Shown piece by piece: positions 1 to 8,214 of a DNA stretch of 17,746 nt. The stretch lies in the UHGV virus genome UHGV-0072542. One strand, 5' to 3'. The DNA comes from a virus. Each line of letters begins with the position of its first letter. The stretch's first letter is position 1. The notes beneath the pieces are model-generated. The model was not told the origin of the DNA. It saw only the letters and a list, made by a program, of their open reading frames with translations, and did not search any database. The position numbers and the translations under genes were made by a program.

Positions 1-1444
1 TGCCACCCCGTGTCAGCAGGGAGACTGCGTCATCCACCGGATGCATCAGGGACCAAGTTTTATTGCTCTGCTTGGTAACCTTAAACACACCATCTTCCAG
101 CGCAACACTGCCGCCGGTGATGGTCCAGCCCTGCGCAGCAGCCTCTCCGGCTGTCGGCAGCAGGGAGACTGTACGAACGGATGTGTCACCATCAGACGGC
201 CCCGATGGAGTGTCGCCGCCGGGCGAGGGTTTAATCTCCGGTGCGGTACCGCTGATGAAGGCGCTGGTTCGACCAACTGCGTTCAGAATAGCGGTTGCCA
301 GGCGATCCGAAATAATGCCCCTGCGCGCCCATGAACTGAAATGTGTCGGACGATTTGACGATACCCAATTACCATTACTACGGGATTGCGCGCCGTAATA
401 ACCTGCATCAGCAATATCCGGGTCTTCTGCCGGTAAGTTGGTGGGCGTGTTGTTGCCGTTACCGTCGGTCATGAACGGCACAAAGAAAACGTTGTCGCTC
501 TCCCTGTTTTTGTACGCGCCGTAGACGGAGTCATACTGTGTGCCGTATGTGTTTTTCCAGTAATACGTCGTGTCGCCACAAATCCACGGTACAACTGCAG
601 CACTGCCGCCATGGCACTGCGCGTTAAATCCGGAAAGGTCAGTACGGAACTGCTTCAGCATGGCCGTGAACAGGTCCGGTTGCTGTGCGTAGGTGGCAGC
701 GCTCATGTCAAATTCGCCCTGCATCCAGCACACCGCCAGCAACACATTTTTCGGGTTCTTCTGTAATGCCGCTTTGGTGCGTGCGATCAGGTCCTGATAT
801 AACGGTTTACCCACACCCCAGCGTGCCGAATCCTGGCTGGCCCCCGTGTCCGCACTGAATGTCCCCTCCGCGCCCTGGGTGAATGCCGAACCACCACGAC
901 AGCATGGTACCAGCAGGATCCCCGCGTTATTCGGGATATACGGGAGCAGTTTTTTGGCAATATGTAAGCCCTGGCCGACACAGCCGTACTGCCCTTTGCT
1001 CAGGTCTGCCTTCGGATGATTCAGTGCGCTCATATCCTGAACATCATGCAGGCAGTGGTCTGCCGGAATGATGTCGTTAAATGCGCATGCTTTACCACCG
1101 GGAGTCACTGTGTTGCGACGGGCCAGTTGCTTAATGCGTGGGTGGGGCGCATCGTAAGAATCCGGCAGCGGCATTCCATCACCATATGACATGGCATTGG
1201 ATTGACCAGCAAGTACCACCACGTAATACCACTCCGGCACGCTGCCGTGCTGGGGGGAATCAGGTGAGATGTCTGTAGTGCCATCGGCCACCATTGCCTG
1301 CATTAGATACCACGGGGTGCCGGGTTCGTAGGCAACCCGCGTCTCCCCCTGAAGATGCCACCCTTTCGCAAGATGTTCATTCACCTTTTGAGTCAGTTCA
1401 GCCTGTGTCATGGCTGTAATCAGTGCAAAGTTCTTACTGGTCAT
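1..1444 (-). CDS. DUF1737 + SGNH/sialate O-acetylesterase-like protein (NanS-p-like), 3' end beyond window; partial
   Basis: Hand translation of the reverse strand from ATG (complement of 1442-1444) gives 481 codons with no stop to position 1. N-terminus MTSKNFALITAMTQAELTQKVNEHLAKGWHLQGE resembles DUF1737. Downstream VVVLAGQSNAMSYGDG carries the GQSN serine motif of SASA/SGNH esterases. The start overlaps the Rz1 stop as ATGA. Not in the ORF track because it has no in-window stop. Confidence 0.6.
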   Translation of the reverse strand, partial: MTSKNFALITAMTQAELTQKVNEHLAKGWHLQGETRVAYEPGTPWYLMQAMVADGTTDISPDSPQHGSVPEWYYVVVLAGQSNAMSYGDGMPLPDSYDAPHPRIKQLARRNTVTPGGKACAFNDIIPADHCLHDVQDMSALNHPKADLSKGQYGCVGQGLHIAKKLLPYIPNNAGILLVPCCRGGSAFTQGAEGTFSADTGASQDSARWGVGKPLYQDLIARTKAALQKNPKNVLLAVCWMQGEFDMSAATYAQQPDLFTAMLKQFRTDLSGFNAQCHGGSAAVVPWICGDTTYYWKNTYGTQYDSVYGAYKNRESDNVFFVPFMTDGNGNNTPTNLPAEDPDIADAGYYGAQSRSNGNWVSSNRPTHFSSWARRGIISDRLATAILNAVGRTSAFISGTAPEIKPSPGGDTPSGPSDGDTSVRTVSLLPTAGEAAAQGWTITGGSVALEDGVFKVTKQSNKTWSLMHPVDDAVSLLTRGG

Positions 1445-1722
1445 TGTGTTACTCCCGTCTGGTGTGTCAGCTCGGCTATTCTCTTATCCAGTTCAGCAAT
1501 GGCCCGTTTATCCGCGTTACAGGTTTCCAGTGCATCCAGAAGGCGGTCGCCCCATATTCCGAGGTTTCCCCATGTGGGTGGGTCAGGGAAGGGGGGAGGC
1601 GTTACCGGCATGGTCAGCGTCTGCGGTATAAGCCGGACTGACGGCGCTGGCCCTGGCGCGTTCTGCGTGCCTGCGCAACCTGTCAGTAAAACGAGCGTCA
1701 GGCAAAGCGTGGGCGCATTCAT
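1441..1722 (-). CDS. o-spanin (Rz1/LysC-like outer-membrane lipoprotein)
   Basis: MNAPTLCLTLVLLTGCAGTQ has a lipobox (LLTGC) followed by a proline-rich segment (PVTPPPFPDPP). It starts in the +1 frame inside the Rz gene and extends past the Rz stop, as in P2 lysB/lysC. The start is the internal ATG at 1722; the ORF-track start at 1752 is a GTG. Confidence 0.7.
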   Translation of the reverse strand: MNAPTLCLTLVLLTGCAGTQNAPGPAPSVRLIPQTLTMPVTPPPFPDPPTWGNLGIWGDRLLDALETCNADKRAIAELDKRIAELTHQTGVTQ

Positions 1723-1990
1723 CTTTTGCAATATCGTTGCGTAGCTGTTCACGTCTTACCTCTCCGTCCTGATTGCGTTGCTGATTTTCCGCGCGGAGCT
1801 GAGCCAGCACCTGCTGCATATCCTGTACCCCGGCGCTGATGATATTCAGTGTGTCGACGGTACTTTTCAGGGTGCTGGCCTGCGCTTCGTTTCTGGCGTT
1901 CTCCCGGCCCAGCGACCACGACAGACGCATGGATGTTCCCCATGCGGCAATCAGAAGGAAAGCGACGCCAAGCGTGGGCCAGAGCTTCAT
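1583..1990 (-). CDS. i-spanin (Rz/LysB-like)
   Basis: The product begins MKLWPTLGVAFLLIAAWGTS (N-terminal transmembrane segment), followed by a charged Q/E/R-rich helical region. The ATG at 1988-1990 overlaps the endolysin stop as ATGA. The ORF-track start at 2134 lies inside the endolysin gene and is rejected. Confidence 0.75.
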   Translation of the reverse strand: MKLWPTLGVAFLLIAAWGTSMRLSWSLGRENARNEAQASTLKSTVDTLNIISAGVQDMQQVLAQLRAENQQRNQDGEVRREQLRNDIAKDECAHALPDARFTDRLRRHAERARASAVSPAYTADADHAGNASPLP

Positions 1991-2379
1991 GCCGGATAGG
2001 CTCCGTGTGGTAACTGAAAATGCGGTCCGTCTTTCAGGGTCTTCCAGTCGCCGCCCCATTCCACCGGAATATTCAGTTCCTGGCTGGCCTGTCTGAATGC
2101 TGCTGCGATTTTTTCGTACAGCGGCCATTCCCATGACACCTGGTTGCCGACATAAGCCACAACATCCACGGCATGCCCTGTGAGATGGCGACTGTTCATG
2201 GTCTGGCTCTTGCCTGTGGTCACGAGCTGCTTCTGACGATAACGACTGCGCAATCCTTCGGTGATACCAAAATCCACTTCCGAGATTTCCAGCGCCCGTC
2301 GGGTCACTTTCACCAGATCAGGATTTACACCCTGCAAATTCTTTTCGCTTCGGCTGCTGAATTTAAATGTGTTGCTCAT
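1987..2379 (-). CDS. endolysin, peptidase M15 family (L-alanyl-D-glutamate endopeptidase type)
   Basis: 130 aa with the zinc-peptidase motifs SRHLTGHAVDV and DGPHFQ. A strong SD (AAGGAGAGG) precedes the ATG at 2379. Its position between holin and spanins fits a lysis cassette. Confidence 0.8.
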   Translation of the reverse strand: MSNTFKFSSRSEKNLQGVNPDLVKVTRRALEISEVDFGITEGLRSRYRQKQLVTTGKSQTMNSRHLTGHAVDVVAYVGNQVSWEWPLYEKIAAAFRQASQELNIPVEWGGDWKTLKDGPHFQLPHGAYPA

Positions 2380-2699
2380 TCGTTCCTCTCCTTCACCCTG
2401 CGATCAAATATTGCAATAACCTTGTCGCGTGCTTTCTCTGCGCCCATAAAACCGATTGAGGCACCAAAAAACGTCACTGCATCCTCAGGGATCCCGAAGA
2501 AGCGCAGCGACCCGGCCACGGCCATGGCAAGAACGCCGCACGCCAGCGATCCCGTTACGGTCTGAACCAGTGTTCGTCCGTCATAAAGACTCATCAGCGC
2601 GGAAATGCTGACCGCCGCGCCTACTGCATACACCGTTGGCAGGTGGTCAAAGAGCCACGCAATAACCTGCTCTGTGATCCCTGTTTGAATGGTGCTCAC
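2376..2699 (-). CDS. putative holin
   Basis: 107 aa from a GTG at 2697-2699, 7 nt after a GGGGGGAG SD and 2 nt after the gpX stop. Two to three hydrophobic segments (VYAVGAAVSISALMSLY, VTGSLACGVLAMAVAGSLRFFGI, VTFFGASIGFMG) and a charged C-terminus. The stop overlaps the endolysin ATG. Confidence 0.55.
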   Translation of the reverse strand: MSTIQTGITEQVIAWLFDHLPTVYAVGAAVSISALMSLYDGRTLVQTVTGSLACGVLAMAVAGSLRFFGIPEDAVTFFGASIGFMGAEKARDKVIAIFDRRVKERNE

Positions 2700-2701
2700 T
2701 G

Positions 2702-2902
2702 CTACTCCCCCCACAACTGAATCATTTCTCGTTTCTTCTTCTCCGGCTCCGGCATCTCCACTTCCTGCCCGGCGTCCAGAAATACCTGCTGACAGAGTCC
2801 GGGGTTGGCATCCAGCACCTTTTCGGTGACGCCCTGTGTCGTGCCGTAGTACCGGAAACAGAGCGAATCCACGGTGTCGCCTTCCAGTGCCTTCACTTTC
2901 AT
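2702..2902 (-). CDS. X: tail protein X (P2 gpX-like, LysM-like)
   Basis: MKVKALEGDTVDSLCFRYYGTTQGVTEKVLDANPGL matches the recalled P2 gpX pattern (MKTFALQGDTLDAICVRYYG...). The ATG at 2900-2902 overlaps the gpL stop as ATGA. Confidence 0.8.
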   Translation of the reverse strand: MKVKALEGDTVDSLCFRYYGTTQGVTEKVLDANPGLCQQVFLDAGQEVEMPEPEKKKREMIQLWGE

Positions 2903-3446
2903 CAGCACAGCTCCGCAAACATTCGCGGTCGTCCCAGAATGTCAGAGATGGCCCAGCTCACATCGCGCCACAAATCCGATGTCTGTATATCCAGTGCGTC
3001 CGCCCGGCGATCGCCCTTGTCCGTTGTGTCCGCATCGCGGTAACGCTCCAGAATCAGGGCACGTGTGGCGGTATAAACAGCATTGCGCCAGTGCCAGAGA
3101 TTGACGCTTTCTCCGTTAATTACGGGTGCCGGAACATCGGCCAGCGTCTGATGGCCCACCACCCGCTCGCCCGATTTGAAAGTGAATGGCCCGGCGTCTG
3201 ATGGCCGCCCGCCTGCTGTTCCTGCTGCCACGCTTCCAGTTCGCGGGTAACGTGAGCCACGGCCCCAGTGGCGGTATGCAGCAGGCGGGAGGTGGTCACG
3301 CGGCCCGGCAGTCGTACCGCCAGACGCAGCTCGCGCAGCACAATATCCGGCCAGAATGCACCTGCTGAAATGCGAGTGTCGCCATCATCGGTATCGGTGA
3401 TGTCGTCCTCTGCGGGTCCTGGTTCAGTTCTGGCAACCATACTCAT
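2902..3446 (-). pseudogene. L: head completion protein gpL, reading frame interrupted (N-terminal part in frame of 3120-3446, C-terminal part in frame of 2902-3231)
   Basis: N-part FWPDIVLRELRLAVRLP...LEAWQQEQQAGGHQT and C-part GHQTLADVPAPVINGESVNLWHW...ERYRDADTTDKGDRRADALD each align to recalled P2 gpL but lie in different frames. The junction coincides with a 13-bp direct repeat GCGTCTGATGGCC (3144-3156 and 3194-3206) spaced 50 bp apart. Removing one 50-bp period restores a continuous gpL-like ORF. Confidence 0.55.
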
Positions 3447-3461
3447 GGAGTTCACTCCTGA

Positions 3462-3533
3462 AAAAAAATCGGGCGGTGGGTGCGCGGTGTAAACGGTCAC
3501 GGAGTCAAACCGGAACACCGCGCACGCCGCCCG
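3462..3533 (-). terminator. putative intrinsic terminator between M and L (long GC-rich stem, then U8 on the minus-strand RNA)
   Basis: Inverted arms cgggcggtgggtgcgcggtg (3470-3489) and caccgcgcacgccgcccg (3516-3533) flank a 26-nt loop. On the minus strand they are followed by eight U (plus-strand AAAAAAAA at 3462-3469). Confidence 0.4.
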
Positions 3534-3549
3534 CTGACGGGGTCAGTCG

Positions 3550-4350
3550 TTAACCGCGCTTCGCCTTCTGCGACGCGGTGGTTTTTCGTGTTGCAGGCTT
3601 CTGCGTTGTCTTTTTACTTTTGCTGCTTTCGTCCTGCGTCTGCTGTGCGCTGGCGTCTTCTGGTGCGGCTGCGGAATCGGCTTTTTTCAGGGCGCGGGAA
3701 AGGGTTGCAATCTCGCGTTTCACACCTGCGTTCGGGTTCAGGTGCATCGCTTCGCGCAGCAGCTTCAGTGATGAGGCCATGTTGTCTGCATCGGTCAGGC
3801 CACGACGGGCAAAGGCACACGCCTTGCATAATTTGGCGCGCACTTCGTCCGGCATGTCCTGGTTGGCGACAATTTCCCAAAGTGTGTCCAGTGGTTCGAT
3901 AAAGGCGGATAAATCCGCGTCGGCATCCGTCCCGGCCTGCGTCAGTACCGGGTTGCAGATTTCTTCGGTCAGTACCGTGGCAGCAGTACGGCCAAAGTTA
4001 TCCGGCATGATGAGGTTGTGACGGACCACATATGCACCAATACGCAGCGCCAGCGGAAGATCGCCGCAGTCAATCGCCCACACCATCAGCGTGGCAATTA
4101 CTTCGTCCTGTTGCCCGCCGTCAGTCTCCAGCGTTCCCTCAATCCAGCCGGAAAAGTCCGGCAACAACTCTTTTTTGATGGCGGCTTTCGCGCTTCTGGC
4201 CTGTACGCCCTTTAGCCTGGCCTGTGCCAGACGCAGACGATACAGCACCTCTTCATGCGCGGTACGCGCGGCGTGGTCCACACCTTCATTCGCCCGGCCT
4301 GCGCGCTGTGCCATCACGTTCTGCCAGTGTTGTTGTGCAGGAGTAATCAT
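3550..4350 (-). CDS. M: terminase small subunit (P2 gpM-like)
   Basis: 266 aa; its position after the capsid gene and its sequence character fit P2 gpM. ATG at 4350 with a GGAGAG SD. Confidence 0.8.
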   Translation of the reverse strand: MITPAQQHWQNVMAQRAGRANEGVDHAARTAHEEVLYRLRLAQARLKGVQARSAKAAIKKELLPDFSGWIEGTLETDGGQQDEVIATLMVWAIDCGDLPLALRIGAYVVRHNLIMPDNFGRTAATVLTEEICNPVLTQAGTDADADLSAFIEPLDTLWEIVANQDMPDEVRAKLCKACAFARRGLTDADNMASSLKLLREAMHLNPNAGVKREIATLSRALKKADSAAAPEDASAQQTQDESSKSKKTTQKPATRKTTASQKAKRG

Positions 4351-4367
4351 TTTTTCTCTCCGTTACA

Positions 4368-4386
4368 GGCGGGCATGATGCCCGCC
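4368..4386 (-). other. GC-rich hairpin between N and M (no U-tract)
   Basis: ggcgggcatgatgcccgcc is a perfect palindrome lying 9 nt downstream of the N stop on the minus strand. It may be an RNA-stability or partial-termination element. Confidence 0.35.
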
Positions 4387-4395
4387 GTGAGTTGA

Positions 4396-5448
4396 TTAGC
4401 TGTCGGCGAACTTCAGGCCAGTGACCATCGCGCACTTGCCATAGTCTTCAACGACATAAGCGTCATTGATGGACTGGTAGGTGGCGATGCGGTTGTATTC
4501 CGGCTCGTCTTTCATCAGGCGACGCATTGAACCTTTCTGCCAGTAAATCGACAGGTTGTTGAACGAGGTGATCAGCATCGTTGCATCCGGGAAGAACGGT
4601 GCAAGGAACACACCCAGCCCGCCAATGGTGCGCGATGACAGGATGAGCTGCCCGGCAAGTAATTCCGCATTGGGATTCTGGCCGCTGATGCTGTTCAGCA
4701 CGGGCAGACGCAGCGAGTTAAACAGGTTGCGTCCCATAATCACCACGAGGTCGTCTGCTTCCTTGTGCCATTCATCCAGCAGGGATGAGCGCGCATCCTG
4801 TACCAGTGCATCAGGGTTCGCGTATTTACCCGCGTGCGCCACAGTGTTGTCCATGTTGCGGGAGGTCAGCGTCACGTCATTCATTACGCGCTCGCTGGCA
4901 TCGGTTCTGATGTGCTCCAGCCAGCCCACGTTAACGTCCTGAAGCAGCTTGTTGGTGTGAAAATCAGACTCGTAGGCGTGGGATGTGCCGTTAAAGCCAA
5001 TCATGATGCGATCAAGCGCTACCTGCCGGGCGATCTGTGTACTGATACGGGACTGAAAATCGCTGTGGGCCGCCCAGGTATCAAGCTGTGGGTACGAAAT
5101 AAAGGTATCGTAGTTCACCTGTTCGCACTGGTACTGACGAGACTTCATATCGATCACGTTATTCGGGTTACGGCGTTTGATGCCGTCATAACTGCTATTC
5201 GTGCGCGCAATTGGCCCGGTGGTGTCCAGGAGGATTTTTTCGCCTTTCTGGTCGGTCACGCCGATCACGTTAATTCTTTTCGTAAATTCGGTACTTTCCT
5301 TTGAGGCGTTTTCAAAACGCTGCTGCACCGCGGGTTCCACGGTAAATCGCGATACCAGTGCAGATACCGGGATATTGTTAAGCGACGCCTGCTGCGCCAT
5401 ATAGCAACCCAGCTTGTTGCGGGTAATATCTGACATCACCAGATTCAT
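4396..5448 (-). CDS. N: major capsid protein (P2 gpN-like)
   Basis: 350 aa. SRFTVEPAVQQ, KRINVIGVTDQKGEKI, ...FFPDATMLITSFNNLSIYWQ...YVVEDYGKCAMVTGLKFADS match the recalled P2 gpN throughout. ATG at 5448 with an AAGGAG SD; an alternative ATG lies at 5436. Confidence 0.9.
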   Translation of the reverse strand: MNLVMSDITRNKLGCYMAQQASLNNIPVSALVSRFTVEPAVQQRFENASKESTEFTKRINVIGVTDQKGEKILLDTTGPIARTNSSYDGIKRRNPNNVIDMKSRQYQCEQVNYDTFISYPQLDTWAAHSDFQSRISTQIARQVALDRIMIGFNGTSHAYESDFHTNKLLQDVNVGWLEHIRTDASERVMNDVTLTSRNMDNTVAHAGKYANPDALVQDARSSLLDEWHKEADDLVVIMGRNLFNSLRLPVLNSISGQNPNAELLAGQLILSSRTIGGLGVFLAPFFPDATMLITSFNNLSIYWQKGSMRRLMKDEPEYNRIATYQSINDAYVVEDYGKCAMVTGLKFADS

Positions 5449-5471
5449 AAAAAATTTGCTCCTTTGTCTTA

Positions 5472-6308
5472 TCAGAAGTCAGCCAGCTGGTCGGAGGCTG
5501 CGCCCGTTGCGGTGAACCGGTTCTGCGGATCGCCGTCCTGCGTGCGCAGTTTTTCCTTCAGTGCTGTCAGCTCTGTGGTCAGTGACGTGATTTTCTGGCG
5601 GTCCTGCTGATGGCGGGTTTCCAGCACATTAAAACGGTCGATAATGTCGGCCTGTGACGTTGCGACGCCTTCCACCGCTTCCTGAATACGGGAAAAACTG
5701 GCGTCATCCGCTTTGCGGCCACGGCCAATAATCCCCATTACGCGGTTAAACCACTGGGTGCCTTCTTCCTGGCGTTGTTCTGCCATTTCGATGATTTCAG
5801 ACTCGATGGCTTCGGAGATAAGCGGCGCTTCACCCTGGACACTGTTGAACGTCATTACCGCCTGACGTTGCTGTGCCGTGAATTTCAGGCGCTCAGTGCC
5901 CAGGCTTGCCGGGGTGTCGGTCATCGCCAGCCCGACCAGATAGGCGCGCCCGTTAACGGAGAACTGCGGGTGCAGTTCGATACTGGAATAGATTTTCTTG
6001 CCGTCCGCGACAAGCTGCTTCATGCGCTCGGTCGGTTCGATTTCTGCATACAGCGCAGTACGTCCGGCCAGCGGACCTTCCGTAATGTCTTCCGTACTCA
6101 GTGCGGTGACATCGCCCATTGCGGAAAATTCGCTTGACGGGCATGGCGAGAGATAGTGCTCAACGTTCACGCGGGCAGCGTAAACATCCGGGTTGAAGTT
6201 CTCGGCGGCTTCACGCAGATGCACCGGACTGATTTCACGGCCATCAACAGTTGATCCGGAGACAGCCACGCGAAACTTTTTGCGGGATGTCTTTTTTTCA
6301 TTAGCCAT
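5472..6308 (-). CDS. O: capsid scaffolding protein (P2 gpO-like)
   Basis: MANEKKTSRKKFRVAVSGSTVDGREISPVHL aligns to the recalled P2 gpO N-terminus (MAKKVSKFFRIGVEGDTCDGRVIS), and the product has an acidic coiled-coil C-terminus. The start is taken as the ATG at 6308 (GAGGGG SD); the longer ORF-track start is at 6341. Confidence 0.8.
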   Translation of the reverse strand: MANEKKTSRKKFRVAVSGSTVDGREISPVHLREAAENFNPDVYAARVNVEHYLSPCPSSEFSAMGDVTALSTEDITEGPLAGRTALYAEIEPTERMKQLVADGKKIYSSIELHPQFSVNGRAYLVGLAMTDTPASLGTERLKFTAQQRQAVMTFNSVQGEAPLISEAIESEIIEMAEQRQEEGTQWFNRVMGIIGRGRKADDASFSRIQEAVEGVATSQADIIDRFNVLETRHQQDRQKITSLTTELTALKEKLRTQDGDPQNRFTATGAASDQLADF

Positions 6309-6462
6309 AGTTTTTGCCCCTCTGACTGGTTCTTCAGTCATGATGGCAAAGCGTAACAGGCTGATACAAAGGGCTTTTGTTGTAAGAAAACGGCCAGAGC
6401 AGGGGGTTAAGGAGAACGGTTTCGCGCGCGGGTAATCTTCCTGTAATTACTCAGGGGGAGCA
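6309..6462. promoter_or_regulatory. divergent intergenic region between O (-) and P (+); expected site of late promoters
   Basis: A 150-bp non-coding gap between divergently oriented packaging and capsid operons. This is where P2 has its Ogr-dependent P and O late promoters. I could not find a convincing TGT-N12-ACA activator site by eye. Confidence 0.35.
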
Positions 6463-8214
6463 ATGATTCAGGACGCTTTTGTGCGCCAGCGTGCGCAGCA
6501 ACTTTACTGGCAGGGTTATCCGCCCGCAGAAATATCACGTCTGATGGGAATAAACCCGAACACGATTTATGCGTGGAAAAAACGCGACCAGTGGGATGAA
6601 ACGCCACCCGTGCAGCGTGTCACGCAGTCCATCGATGCGCGCCTCATCCAGCTTACTGAAAAACAGAATAAAACAGGCGGTGACTTTAAGGAAATAGACC
6701 TGCTGACCCGGCAGCTTAAAAAGCTGCATGATGGCCAGCCGGATGTGATGGCCGCAGGAAAGAAAGGCCGGGCGAAAAAACTCAAAAATCATTTCACGCC
6801 GGAACAGATTTCCGCACTGCGGGAAAAAATCATCAGCAGGCTGGAGTGGCATCAGCGGGGCTGGTTTGACTCCCTGACCCTTTGCAGGGAAGCCGGGATA
6901 CGTAACAGGATGATCCTGAAATCCCGACAGATTGGGGCGACCTGGTATTTTGCACAGGAAGCTCTGCTGATGGCGCTGCGTGACGATGTGGCGCAACCTT
7001 ACCAGCGTAACCAGATTTTTTTGTCTGCGTCGCGTCGTCAGGCGTTCCAGTTTAAAAGCATTATTCAGAAGGCCGCGGCTGAAGTTGATGTGGAGCTGAA
7101 AGGGGGCGATAAAATCACCCTCTCCAACGGCGCAGAGCTGCATTTTCTCGGCACTTCTGCTGCGTCGGCACAGTCCTATACGGGCAATTTTTATTTTGAT
7201 GAATTTTTCTGGGTCAGTCGCTTTGCTGAACTGCGCAAGGTGGCTGGCGCTATGGCAACCCTCAGCGGACTGCGGCGCACCTACTTCTCCACGCCATCCA
7301 CCGAAACGCACGAGGCATACGCCTACTGGAACGGCGACCGCTGGAACGAGAAAAAGGCCTCGCATAAACGCCAGCGTTTTTCTGTGGACTGGAAAACGCT
7401 GCATAACGGGCTTATCTGCCCTGACCGGACGTGGCGGCAAATTGTCACGCTGGAAGATGTGGTTAATCACGGCTGGAAACACACCGATATCGACGAAATT
7501 CGTGATGAAAACACCGAAGACGAGTTCCTCAATCTCTATATGTGTGAGTTTGTCCGCGAAGGGGAATCGGCATTTAACCTGAATATCCTGATTGGCTGCG
7601 GTGTTGACGGATACGACGACTGGAAAGACTGGAAACCTTTTGCTCCCCGCCCGATGGGGAATCGTCCGGTATGGATTGGGTATGACGCAAACGGCAGCAG
7701 TGGAAACGGCGACAGCGGCGCAGTGTCCGTGGTGGTTCCTCCGGCTGTTCCTGGTGGCCGTTTTCGAACGGTGGAGACGCGACGCGTTCAGGGGCTGGAG
7801 TTTGAAGAACAGGCCAGAGTCATTGAAGAGTTCACGTATCGCTACAACGTGGAACACATCGGCATTGATGTGACGGGCGGGAACGGGGAGGCTGTTTATC
7901 AGATAGTGAAACGGTTTTTCCCTGCAGCTATTCCGTACACCTTCACGCTGTCATCAAAACGGTCGCTGGTACTGAAAATGCTGCAAATAATGCGCGCCGG
8001 GCGGTGGGAATACGATCGCGCTGAACGCGAGCTGGTCGCAGCCTTTAACGCCGTGCGTAAGGTGAAAACACCGGGCGGCTTTATCACTTACGAAACGGAC
8101 CGCGCGAGGGGGATCAGCCACGGCGACCTTGCGTGGGCAACCATGCTTGCTGTCATTAACGAACCGATTGGCGGCGAAGGAGAAAACGAGCGTTTCACGG
8201 TTATGGAGTTCTGA
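6463..8214 (+). CDS. P: terminase large (ATPase) subunit (P2 gpP-like)
   Basis: 583 aa. ATG at 6463 preceded by GGGGGAG. Sequence character and position immediately upstream of the portal gene fit P2 gpP. Confidence 0.9.
   Translation: MIQDAFVRQRAQQLYWQGYPPAEISRLMGINPNTIYAWKKRDQWDETPPVQRVTQSIDARLIQLTEKQNKTGGDFKEIDLLTRQLKKLHDGQPDVMAAGKKGRAKKLKNHFTPEQISALREKIISRLEWHQRGWFDSLTLCREAGIRNRMILKSRQIGATWYFAQEALLMALRDDVAQPYQRNQIFLSASRRQAFQFKSIIQKAAAEVDVELKGGDKITLSNGAELHFLGTSAASAQSYTGNFYFDEFFWVSRFAELRKVAGAMATLSGLRRTYFSTPSTETHEAYAYWNGDRWNEKKASHKRQRFSVDWKTLHNGLICPDRTWRQIVTLEDVVNHGWKHTDIDEIRDENTEDEFLNLYMCEFVREGESAFNLNILIGCGVDGYDDWKDWKPFAPRPMGNRPVWIGYDANGSSGNGDSGAVSVVVPPAVPGGRFRTVETRRVQGLEFEEQARVIEEFTYRYNVEHIGIDVTGGNGEAVYQIVKRFFPAAIPYTFTLSSKRSLVLKMLQIMRAGRWEYDRAERELVAAFNAVRKVKTPGGFITYETDRARGISHGDLAWATMLAVINEPIGGEGENERFTVMEF

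Noticed and set aside
41-398. Plus-strand ORFs 41-334 and 63-398, and minus ORF 46-276
   Set aside because: They overlap the long stop-free minus-strand esterase frame, which has recognisable motifs. No independent support.
2376-2918. ORF-track version of the holin gene starting at 2918
   Set aside because: The upstream part overlaps gpX in another frame. A GTG with a strong SD just after the gpX stop (2699) is the credible start.
3120-3231. Programmed ribosomal frameshift as the explanation for the split L gene
   Set aside because: No slippery heptamer or downstream structure is evident in the overlap, and the direct-repeat geometry explains the shift by a DNA-level insertion. Kept as an indel or sequencing issue in the findings.
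6342-6462. Specific Ogr/Delta-type TGT-N12-ACA activator sites for late promoters
   Set aside because: No convincing instance was found by eye in the P/O intergenic region. Only the region as a whole is annotated, at low confidence.
6535-7857. 440-aa ORF on the minus strand
   Set aside because: Entirely antisense to the well-supported terminase large-subunit gene. It has no SD and an Arg/Cys-rich low-complexity composition typical of antisense frames in GC-rich DNA.
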